Source: Octopus sinensis (taxonomy: Eukaryota). From it: DNA of 39,810 bases. Where the stretch lies: assembly GCF_006345805.1 (NCBI RefSeq), contig NW_021835492.1, positions 1-39,810 of the forward strand, written 5' to 3'. Made by a program: the position numbers and the translations under genes. The notes beneath the pieces are model-generated. The model was not told the DNA's origin. It worked only from the letters and a program-made list of their open reading frames with translations, and ran no database searches. This document shows, one piece after another, positions 1 to 10,026 of this stretch. Every line of letters starts with the position of its first letter. Positions within the stretch are counted from its first letter, which is position 1.

Positions 1-196
1 TCCATCCTCATTAAACCACTATGCACATAAAATGGACATTTCGATTTCCCCCTTTTGTCCCATTTGCTGTGCTGACGAAGACACAACTGCCCATCTATTC
101 CGCTCTATTCCGATCTTAATTTGTCATTCACTCCCTGGAGGTCCTATGGGAGCAAACTGGGAGGACGCTGTTGTTTCTGCTGGTCTCATTATCTAA
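1..196 (+). mobile_element. 3' fragment of a non-LTR retrotransposon ORF2 (C-terminal zinc knuckle), copy 1, cut by the window start
   Basis: Reads LNHYAHKMDISISPFCPICCADEDTTAHLF, resembling the LN-Y-H...CPxC...DTxxHLF C-terminus of LINE ORF2 proteins; frameshifted. Confidence 0.6.
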
Positions 197-246
197 TGCT
201 AGGTGAAATGACACAAAACAACACAAATTAAATAACAGAAAAAAAA

Positions 247-3060
247 TCATGCAGAAGCATATGCAGACAGTAATTCGTTATAAAATTCTGTCATTTTGTC
301 CAAATATATGGATAGAGTGTCCATAATATCCACTACAGGCTGGGCTTCCGTGCTGGGAAGGACTACGGGAATACTCTCTATAATTTTGATTAAATCTTTA
401 GTCGTCGTGACGACCATATTCTTCAATATGTCGAGAAAGTCAGTATTAATTGGCACAATCGAGTTGGCCACTGCCCTTATCTTGTGTCGCATATTGTCCA
501 TCTGATTACTTACACTCTTAACCACTCCTTTGCACTTTTCCACGTACTCCTCCGCAGATGGACACGACTCCTAAACATGACCCTCTCCATTCACCATCGG
601 AGACACTTCCATGAATGACTGACCACTTGACACAGCCACCACACACTCCGACGATTTGCGGGCTAACCTACACATCACCCGACCAGTCAAACATGTTCAA
701 ATCAACCACCTCGGTCAATGCGGGCAACTATGAATGTAACCACCTCGGAATACCTCGTCCATCAAATCCAATGGAAATGACTCCATTTTATTTAAGAGGG
801 CCTTACAGTCACGAATGATTGCTTACACTTTTGAAATCAATCACCTCCTTGTTGTATTTCAGCAATGCTCGCAAACGAATTGTCTGACTGACACTCATCT
901 GACTGGCCAGTTCGTTAATACTCCGAATTCTCTCATCGAACGGGAAGGGTTGGGAGTGGTACTCGGGCAATGGGGAGACCACCTCCATCCCCGGCACTTC
1001 CAACCCTCCGAACAAGTCCCTTTTCAACACCTGTTCGATCTCTCCCTTACAGATATATAATTCGACACAACCAGGTGAGATATGAGCTCATTCGTGAATT
1101 TTGTGTCATCATCCCCCATTCTTCCACGGAATTGTTCCAAGTCCATCTCCAACAGGCGAAGACCCTCCAAGTCTGATCGGACACACTCTCTCAGTCCATT
1201 CTCGAGTGGGTCAACAGGAGGGACACGTGATAACTCGTGTTTGGGAGCACATTCAATGAGATCCAACACCGTTTGTTTGGCATCATCCATAAATTGTTTT
1301 AAATGGACAATTCCCAACTGTCTCTTCTCCTCGTGGGCAATCAACTCACATTTGGTGGAGTGGAGACCCACAGCCCGCTCATGAGAACGAATAATTTTGC
1401 GAGACAACTGTCATTATTAAGCCAATAACCCACCTTGTTGACTGTACGCCTCGATTTGTAACTGGCACGTTCGTATGTATTGAACTGGGAGTCCAATTCG
1501 CCCACCCGTGCTGTCGAGGCTGCCAGTTTGTCCCCCAAAGTGTTGGAAATGGACTCCAATTGGGCCACAGTCTTCTTGGCAATGTCCAACTCGGCCTCCT
1601 TCTCCCTGAGAACACACGTCCTCGCATTGAATTGGTCATCAATCTCAAGTAGTGAGTACGTAACCAACCATTTGAATACTCTCGACAGCCAACTGATAAC
1701 ATTCCTCCAAATAGGCGACAGTCTTAGCCTGGTGGGACAGTTCGAGGGTGAATTCCCTGGGAGTTAATGACAGGAGTACTCAAAGTCGTCCTCCTTCATC
1801 AACACCCCCTTCCCCGTCGTGGCACATGTCAGTTGCTCCTTCAGTCGGTCGATCTCCCGTTCGAACATCTCCAATACACCACTCATCCAAACCTCCAGCA
1901 AACTGCCTCGTTGGAAGTCCTCGTTCACTTGTGGCTTGTTTTCGATTGTTTCTGCCAGACTGGCATACTCCAGTGTGCTCAGAGTCTCCTCGAATGACGA
2001 GGTGGATGGGGATATCGTGGCTATTATCGTCGTCCGAGTACGCCCGCCCAGCGAATCTTCAAGAATCCTCGTCAGTTTGCTCTCTCGGTAGGGAATGTGC
2101 TTGGCCTTTTCAGTCAGAGCTGTGATCACTCGTCCCAATGTCAGCAAACTCTGATTTATCTTCCCTACCGAATCACTCAACCCAAATAACCTGCTTCCCG
2201 TGCACGTTGGTTAACCGACCCCGATCTCCCCACATTCTCACTCCCCGCCAAATCCACCAAATTAAACTTGCTTGTTTTGACCACCCTTTCTCCATTATGT
2301 GAGTGGAAGGAGTGGAGGGTCACCACGAACACAGCATGTGACCGACTACACTCACATCCACGCCTACCTCGACTTTTGATTGCACTCCGTCGCCCCCACT
2401 TGACGGTTCCTGACCCCCAATTGGAGTTGTCTGTACATTTGGTCTCGTCCTTCCACTCTGACCTGCGTCACTCCCTTGATGACCACCGAATTGGCCTACT
2501 GATGGGCATTACTCACAACTTTGGAGGTTATGTCCCGAAAGAGACTCAATTTGGAGACACACTGGGAGAACAGGTCGAAAATCTCCTCGTTGTATATCTC
2601 GATGTAGGACATCTCGATGTAGCCGTCTTTGTCCTGCAGTGAGACACCAACCATGCCTTTGTGAGGTCAAACAAGTCTGAGAGGACTCGGGGGATTATTC
2701 CCGCGTCTTTGCAAAGTCCGGACTCGGAGGATTCCAGATTGCCCTCCATTGTGTGGGTCTTTCCGGAGGCAGTCTGTCCGTAGGCAAACACAGTGCAGTT
2801 GTACCCCGTGTGGACATCTTGGACCATTGGGGAGACAATGTTGTTGTAGACGTCCTCTTGGGTGGTTAGATGGTCAAATATCTCTGAGAACTGGTATGTC
2901 TTCCGTCTGTCAAAAGAGGGGTCGAGTATATATAGTTCGTTACTATTCTCGATTCTTAACATTTTTGATTTGTTTTCTTTCTTGTTTAGTGGTCTATTTT
3001 CTGTAAAAATAACTTTTACCTTATTCGTACGAAGGATTTGATACGCTCACAAGACTCCAT
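247..3060 (-). CDS. KIF11: Kinesin-5 (BimC/Eg5) mitotic motor; 15 exons, 14 introns of 22-26 nt, 822 aa
   Basis: Motifs [76 protein letters not shown]. Removing 14 introns (345 nt; e.g. 2994-3019, 2634-2656, 2496-2519, 2346-2367, 2165-2190, 1869-1892, 1757-1779) gives one open frame of 2469 nt from ATG 3060 to TGA 247. Confidence 0.92.
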
Positions 3061-3340
3061 TTAAAAATTAATTTATTTTGCGCCAGTTTTATAATTAAAC
3101 AATTTTTTGACAATATTAGTTTTTATTTTAATATTATTTGTTTTTAATCTTCAAAATTTAATTAAAAGCAATCTGATGTTAAATCTCTCCAAAACGAGTA
3201 TATGTACTGACATTTTCCTTAGTACTTTTAAAAATATAAAATACATATAATCTAAACTAGATATGATTTATGCTCAATAAATTTAATATTTATTTTAATA
3301 AATTATTATGCAATTAATCATCACTCTTACGTTGTGGTAA
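3061..3340. promoter_or_regulatory. AT-rich 280-bp divergent promoter region shared by kinesin-5 and the MADS-box gene
   Basis: Lies between head-to-head ATGs at 3060 (-) and 3341 (+); no specific motif identified. Confidence 0.4.
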
Positions 3341-3693
3341 ATGCCAAGCGGAAAATCGAAAATATCCATAAAATACATAGAAGATAAAGTCCGCCGACGC
3401 CAGTCACTGACAAAAAGAAAACAAGGACTAATGAAAAAAGTGTTTTTAATTTGTGGGGAATGTAGGCTTATGAACTGAATGTCCTCACTCGGAGTGAAGT
3501 AGCCATCGTAATAGTTTCCCCCAACCATAAGGTCTACGTGTTTGCCACAGAAATGCTGGATTCCTTCGTGAGTCCGGATAATGGGCCCAATCCATTAATG
3601 GACTATTTGCTCACAAAATATAATCTGGACTACTCCAGCATTATGCGTGAGGACACATCCAAATACTCTGAGGACGACCCGGAAATACTTTGA
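3341..3693 (+). CDS. SRF-like (type I) MADS-box transcription factor, 108 aa, one 26-nt intron (3440-3465)
   Basis: Spliced product MPSGKSKISIKYIEDKVRRRQSLTKRKQGLMKK|AYELNVLTRSEVAIVIVSPNHKVYVFATEMLDSF... matches the SRF/Mcm1 pattern KRK.G.MKKAYEL..LT...V.....S....VY.FAT; stop TGA at 3691-3693. Confidence 0.9.
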
Positions 3694-3844
3694 ATCATAT
3701 ATTAATACGTCTTTTTAATGTCGGATTTATGTGGTTTATTATCATATCTACACGCCTTTCATGTCTCCCTCCTTAGTTTATAATTGTGTGTAGATACACT
3801 GCATGAATGTGTTAATTTATAAAAATAATGAGCTAAAAATCGTT

Positions 3845-5227
3845 CTAAAAGTGACTTTCGAACAACTCAGGGCGGAGACCTCTAAGCCAGTCGGCCATTC
3901 TGTGAATAATAGCAAACAACAAACATGGCCTTTCCACACTCATTGGTCACCAAGTCAGGAAGAATGAACTGGTCATAGAAAGATGAGACTTGTCCCTGGT
4001 TATATAATTGGTAATCACACCTCAAATTCAGTCCAATCAAGTTGTGGCAGTCCATGTTCTTCCCTTCTCTGATTATAGGCAGTGTAATTGACCTACAAAC
4101 GTGGACAGGACAACCAACACTGTCCAACAACAGTCCATAACTGGGGGCAATGGGGGCGAACACCTCCAATATACAAACTACAGTACTTTCCTCAGCATGA
4201 ACAACTGCCCCAAATATGGTGGCCCAATCAGCCCTCTGCACAGGGAAATGACCACGCCTACAATAACATGACAAATCACCAATCATCTTCCTTATTTGGT
4301 GCAACAAAAAACTCTGTCCAACAATACGAACAGGCACGAATTGAATAGTCCCCGAGTCCCCCGGAAGGGACAGAGGAGGACACACCTCGACCGAGAAAAT
4401 ATGTCGGTGGTTGGTGGCCATCCTCATTTCCCTACAGTCAGCACACTCTCCTACGTCCGGGCAGTAAAGTTGTGGAAATTGTGAGTGCCTCTGAAAGCCT
4501 GCAGATACTCGTCCGCCTGCATCAGCTGGGCCTCTGAGGACTCAGGAGTGGGCTAAACCTGAAATGGCAAAGTTTCTCCACTCGAACTGGAACATTGACA
4601 CAAATGGGATACCAGGTCGGCCACTAGGGCAAAGGACGGGATATGGTATATATATGTTCTTGAACTACACAGGGTACGACTGCTGAAAGCTTTGGACACT
4701 TTTTGGGCACCTGGGAAATTTAAATTATATTTATTTTATATTTTGTCAATAATTAATAATAGATATTACAAATAACACGAATGTCAGGTGGGAGAACTGC
4801 ATTTATGTCATCAATTTTGTTTTCGACGTGTGAAGTCAGCTATTTTCACCACTAATAACAATACTTTTAACGAGACCATATTCCTCAGGGCAGACACCCC
4901 CTTGTCTGTACGGGCAGCCCTCTGGAACTTCAACTACGAGTAATTAAAGCCTCCAGACTTTGTCGAGGTTATCAATGTTGATCACATTTACTTGTAGAAG
5001 TGCGTCTATAAGCTCACCCTCTATAGTTCTGACACCCACCATCCTATCGTAGGTTTACTGAATAAGTACTTTTGCATTCCGTAATAATTGGATCCGTTGT
5101 AGCAGAGCACCAGTCCGTATTTTTTCTTATTTAATTGCCACAACTATTTTTGTTATTTTTAATATTGGACTATTCTATTGGAGGTTTTCGGCTTGGGTGA
5201 CTCATGTTGAGTGTCCACGGAGTCCAT
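3845..5227 (-). CDS. PUS1: tRNA pseudouridine synthase A family (PUS1-like), multiple micro-introns
   Basis: KKYGLVLCYNGSNYYGMQ, RTIEGEL, FQRAARTDKGVSA (catalytic Asp), GQSFLLHQIRKMIG, APSYGLLLD after removal of roughly 25-27-nt GT-AG introns; ATG 5227, TAG 3845-3847. Confidence 0.88.
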
Positions 5228-5511
5228 TTAACACGACCACACGAACGCACGAGATTGATAGTTTATTTAATAATTCGACTTTTAAGATGTTATATTTTTG
5301 AATACTTTCCTATTATTTAAATAAATTTGTTCTATTAAAATTTATAGTTAATTGAAACGTTTTAGAATAAAAATGGATCATATCAATATTATAGTGTGAG
5401 AAATCATTATAAACGTAGTTGTATTAAAAATAGCCATATCCAATTATGTTGAATTGATTCTTCGATGATGATGGAAATTAAAAGCAAAAAATATGACAAA
5501 AATAATTTTGT

Positions 5512-6154
5512 ATGGCAAAAGATGATGTATTGCAACTTAAAACAAACAATTTCAAAATTTATGTTATGGGAAGTAAAATGGTGGGGAAAACGGCTCTAAT
5601 TTCGAATTATTTGTGGAATAGAAAACTAAATGGATATGTCCCCACCATCGGCGACACATACGAGGCAAAACTGGAGAACATAACTTTTAAACTCGTTGAC
5701 ACTGCCGGGACTTTGTTGTGTCCGATGATGATGAAGATCGCAATAATGGAGGCTGATGTCATCATTCTTGTTTATAAAAACGACGACGAAATGTCTTTCA
5801 AAAAAGTGAACGACATTTTTAACCAAGTCTTATCGTTGAGAAATAGCTATCCTCCCTTCACAGTTTTTTTAGCCAATCAGTTCGAATATAACATAATAAA
5901 ATAAAAACGGAATCCCACTTTTCCACCGTCATTTATAAGTTCTCGGTGATGGACGACACATTAGTCACTATTTTTTTCAAAGAACTGTTGCTCGGGTACT
6001 TAAAACCTGCTAGTTTCATAACAAATTTTGCAATTTACGGAAGGCGTCCCAACCATCAAACAATCTGAACAGCAGATTGTATATCAATGCTCGAGGCCGT
6101 TCTAATTTTTTAAAAATATATTTTCCACAAAAAAAACATGAACGATCAGGTTGA
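5512..6154 (+). CDS. Divergent Ras-family small GTPase, paralogue A, copy 1 (two 1-nt deletions relative to copy 2; probable consensus errors or a broken allele)
   Basis: G1 GSKMVGKT, G2 PTIGDTY, G3 DTAG; intronless. Intact 214-aa version at 37502-38146; this copy lacks one A near 5896 and one near 6018. Confidence 0.85.
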
Positions 6155-6227
6155 TTCTTAATAATTACTAACATTAATTACTAACATTTCTGGAACTATT
6201 TCTCAATTTTCACTGCTATTTTTAATA

Positions 6228-7868
6228 CAGTAAACCTCTGTGCTCGCCATTTTCGGGACCGAAGAAAAAATGGCGAGCAATAGAATTTGGCGAGCAATAG
6301 AATAATCAATAAATTTGTTGACATTGAAATTTGAAAACATGTCCGTTTTCGATACTTTCCGATCATAAGTGAACTTCCAAGTCATATTTGAGCAAAGAAA
6401 CAAAGAGAATAGAAAAAAATTAAAAAGAAAAATTACTAAAAAAATCTTTAATAGTTTTTTTTAATTTAGCCATATTTCTAATAACGGTTTCGATTAGTTC
6501 CAACGAATTATATCAAAATTTTCATTTTGATAAAAGAATGACTTTATTCTTTTCAACATTTTCAAGCCTTCTCTGAATTCACATGAGATTCGTCATTATG
6601 AGTATCTTCATCGTCATATTTGTGTGGGAAAGAATATCCAGCAATATTAAGTAATCTTCAATTTCATCTATTTCGGTAAATTCATGATAATAAAATCATC
6701 TTTATCACCGGGTCCAATATTTTCAAGATATTTACCATTTGATCATAATTATCAATTTCAACAGTTGGTCTTCGAATTGATTTTCACATTCGATCCATTT
6801 TGAATGTCCGAAACAATTGCAATTGTTTTGGTCGTTACTTTTTCCAGGCAAAATATGTAAAAAGAAGACCGTCTTTTAAGGTTATTTTTTTATGAGCTTC
6901 CAGTGGATTTTCTCCATTTTCAATTTTTTCTAACATTAACTCAAATTAAGTTTATTAAAATGTCCTTTGAAGGATCTAATGATTCCTTGATCCATTGCCT
7001 GTAGAATTGTTGTAGTCTTCGAAGGTAGGTAAAGAACTTCAATTGACTGTAAATCAGCGTAAATTATGGGATGGGCATCGATCCACAACTAAAAGAATTT
7101 TTCGTTTTTTTTTAGATGCATATCCATGTTAAAAGCCATTCGTTAAAAATTTTACTTGTCATCCATGCTTTTGGTGAATGACAGTAATCGACAAAATTTT
7201 GACTTTAAAATTTTTAAGAGCAGGTTCTGGAACTTTCCAATCATAAGTGGAATTTTTTGTCTGTCCCAGTCATATTTGAGCATAGCAACAAAGAAAAATC
7301 TAAAAAATAAATTAAAATTAAACCGTTCTTTAAGGTTTATGTCCATGTTCACCTTCTGAAGGGGAGATTTGTAAAAAATCCCACAACTAAAAGAATTTTT
7401 CGTTTTTATAAAAATAGTTTAACCAAAAAAATATTTTATGTCCACGTCGAACCTTCGACAAATACTTTTGAAGGGATAGATTTGTAAAAAATCCCAGTTT
7501 CATCAGCGTTATAAATGTTTTCAGCATTATATTGTTGAATCTTTGCAGAGATCAAAGAAGTAATGCATCATTTCTTGTTTTGATCAACTGCAGTAGATCC
7601 TGATTCTCCATGTACGCAATAATGCGACGTTTTCATTAAAAGACAATCTTGTGCACTTACGCATGTTAAATTTAGCGTGGTTGAAATATTTTATATAAAA
7701 AATAGTTTAACAAAAAAATTTTTTTAAAAATTAATGGCGAGATTTAGAAAATGGCGAGCATAGAAATATTTATTAAATTTAACTAGAAATTTTTAATTTT
7801 TTGAAAAATATGTGGCGAGCAATAGAGGTGGCGAGTAACAGAGGTGGCGAGCACCAGAGGTTTTACTG
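6228..7868 (-). mobile_element. pogo/Tigger-type Tc1/mariner DNA transposon, internally deleted and degenerate, 1,641 bp
   Basis: TIRs CAGTAAACCTCTG... (6228) and ...CAGAGGTTTTACTG (7868); flanks TA (6226-6227) and CA (7869-7870); subterminal TGGCGAGCAATAGA repeats; transposase fragments IYNADETGIFY, LLLCSNMTG, RKILLVVD, YLPSKTTTILQAMDQGIIRSFK; absent from repeat copy 2 (single TA at 38218-38219). Confidence 0.92.
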
Positions 7869-8387
7869 CATCTATGTTGATTTAATGAATGAAAGAGGTC
7901 GTTTAGAGATACGTTCTAGAATATGGTTTATGACGGGTGTTTCGAGATGCGGCCTCACTAGTCTAGGCTGCTACGAAACGTGTTATATTAAAATGTTGAA
8001 ACTGTGGTCTCCTCGTGCCTCGTTTCCCAATTTTAATACCAAACAAATTATTAATAACAAATTTTTTGATAATTTAACGATCCCGTTACACATATTTTGA
8101 AACTTCCACCAATCTGTCTTTGAGTAATTAAAAACGTGTTTTAATTTTCCTCAAAACGTATTTCTCATGCAAATTAAAAAAGATAGACATTCCATGACTT
8201 ATTTGCCCCACTGTATTTCATCTTCTTTCAAAGTGTATTTCTGGGATTTTGTTGAGCAGTTTTGACGATTTAAGCACTAAAAATCGTTAAATTGTGTATT
8301 TATTATAAATAGCCTCATCTAATTATTCGAGATTGATTCTTCGGCAAAAATCGAAATAAAGTTAAAAATACCGACAAAAATGGTTTT

Positions 8388-9026
8388 ATGACAAGCAACG
8401 GGGTGTTACAACTTAAATCAAACAATTTCAAAATATATGTAATAGGTAACCAAATGGTTGGGAAAACATCTTTAATTTCGAATTATTTATGGAACAAACA
8501 ATTGAATGCATATATGGCGACTATCGGCGACACATACGAGGCAAAACTCGAAAATATAACTTTCAAATTGGTCGACACTGCTGGTGCTCTATTGAGCCCG
8601 ATGATGTTGAAGATTGCAATAATGGAGGCTGATGTGATCATTCTCGTTTACAGGAATGGCGATGAGTCGTCTTTAAAGAAAGTGAATGAAATATTTAGTC
8701 GTGTCTTATTATTGAGAAACGTTTATCCCCCCTTTACGGTCTTTATTGCCAATCAGTTCGAAAATGACGCACACAAAATAAAAACAGAGTCATATTGTTC
8801 CACTCTCGTTTACAAATTTTCTGTGATGAACAACAAACTGGTCAGAATTTTTTTTAGAGAAATGTTGTTTGAATATTTAAAGCCCAATACTTTAAGTAAA
8901 CAATTTTACAATCTACGAAAAGCGTCTCAACCTTCGAAAAATCTCAGTAAAAGATTTAGCGTTAATGCTGAATCCAAAAAACTTACCACAATATTTAGAA
9001 AAATGTTCAGGTATAAAAAGGCCTAA
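8388..9026 (+). CDS. Divergent Ras-family small GTPase, paralogue B, 212 aa, intronless
   Basis: G1 GNQMVGKT, G2 ATIGDTY, G3 DTAG; spacing like the RASD/DIRAS group; G4 reads NQFE; no CAAX box. Confidence 0.88.
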   Translation: MTSNGVLQLKSNNFKIYVIGNQMVGKTSLISNYLWNKQLNAYMATIGDTYEAKLENITFKLVDTAGALLSPMMLKIAIMEADVIILVYRNGDESSLKKVNEIFSRVLLLRNVYPPFTVFIANQFENDAHKIKTESYCSTLVYKFSVMNNKLVRIFFREMLFEYLKPNTLSKQFYNLRKASQPSKNLSKRFSVNAESKKLTTIFRKMFRYKKA

Positions 9027-9358
9027 ATACGTGGTTTATTACTAACAGACTTAAATTACTAACCGTTCTAAAATATGCTCAAATTTTTCATTTTTTAGAA
9101 TTCTAAATTTGACTTGAAAATGTTTTTTGTTATGTTTTTATTGTATTGAATACAATTAATAACAATTTGGATATATTCATCATGTAATTATTATTTGTTT
9201 ATGCTCATTTTCTGACAATTTAATGGAGAAGCGTGAACAAAAATATATTTGTTGTCTTTTAAAATGGACTATGAAAATGAATTCTTGATAATTCGATTAA
9301 ATAAGTATCATAAAACTTGTGTTCAAAAATTTAAGTTTTACATGATATTTCTGCAGCC

Positions 9359-9941
9359 TTACCATGCTGCATCAAGTAGCCTTGCTTCTGTGACTAATTT
9401 CTGCTCATTTTTAAATGATTTTTCCGCATTCCTTTCAAGTTCAGCGTCTTAAAAAAGCATCGACTTTGAATATCATCGTGGTAACTACTTTATTTGACAA
9501 ACACTTTCAGTTCATCTATAAATGGTTTGTTATGTATATAAGGGATCCATCATTTGGACTATCCATTAGCACTTTCGGGTAAGTTTCACTAGAGAACACT
9601 GTATCCCAAAAGAAGGCTCCCATTCTCACTGTTAAAATATCGCTCAGTACACACCTTAGGACCATAAAAAAACCGTTTGTCGGCTGAGTAGGTCTTACCC
9701 GAGTTAATGTGAAAAAGTTGATGAAACTTCAAAGGAAATCCCTAATTACAAAGATCAACTTCAAAGTCCTTTAGCAGCCACTCGCACATTGTCGTATAGT
9801 CATCATCAATCTCCTCACATACGAGCACCAGTTTAAAGTGAATGTCATTCCATTTATAATGACATGGCTACTAAATACCATAAGGTTACTTAAGACAGTA
9901 GATGAGTCTCTCCAGACTTCAAAAATGAACAAATCCAACAT
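9359..9941 (-). CDS. Possible hypothetical intron-containing gene, unresolved model
   Basis: Coding-like composition and joinable frames (MLDLFIFEVW..., KWNDIHFKLVLVCEE..., DAELERNAEKSFKNEQKLVTEARLLDAAW*), but the model needs one 18-nt intron and has no recognisable domain. Confidence 0.3.
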
Positions 9942-10026
9942 GAATTGAGCATTACTGTGAGTTACAAATTGTAATCTTATATAAGAATAAAAGAAAAATA
10001 TGACTATCAAAAAATGTCAGCGCCCT

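Larger units (their letters stand above)
1..9463 (+). repeat. Copy 1 of a near-identical long direct repeat (matches 31991-39810)
   Basis: Identical ORF series at offset 31990 (e.g. 247..543 vs 32237..32533); offset becomes 30347 after the pogo insertion (8388 vs 38735). The window end corresponds to position 9463. Confidence 0.98.

Noticed and set aside
296-2642. Many plus-strand ORFs of 60-125 aa over the kinesin gene (likewise over VPS13, IMPA, the kinase and FNTB)
   Set aside because: Antisense to well-supported spliced genes; expected in GC-richer coding DNA.
3295-3528. 77-aa minus-strand ORF (and its copy at 35285-35518)
   Set aside because: Antisense shadow of the MADS-box gene; no recognisable features.
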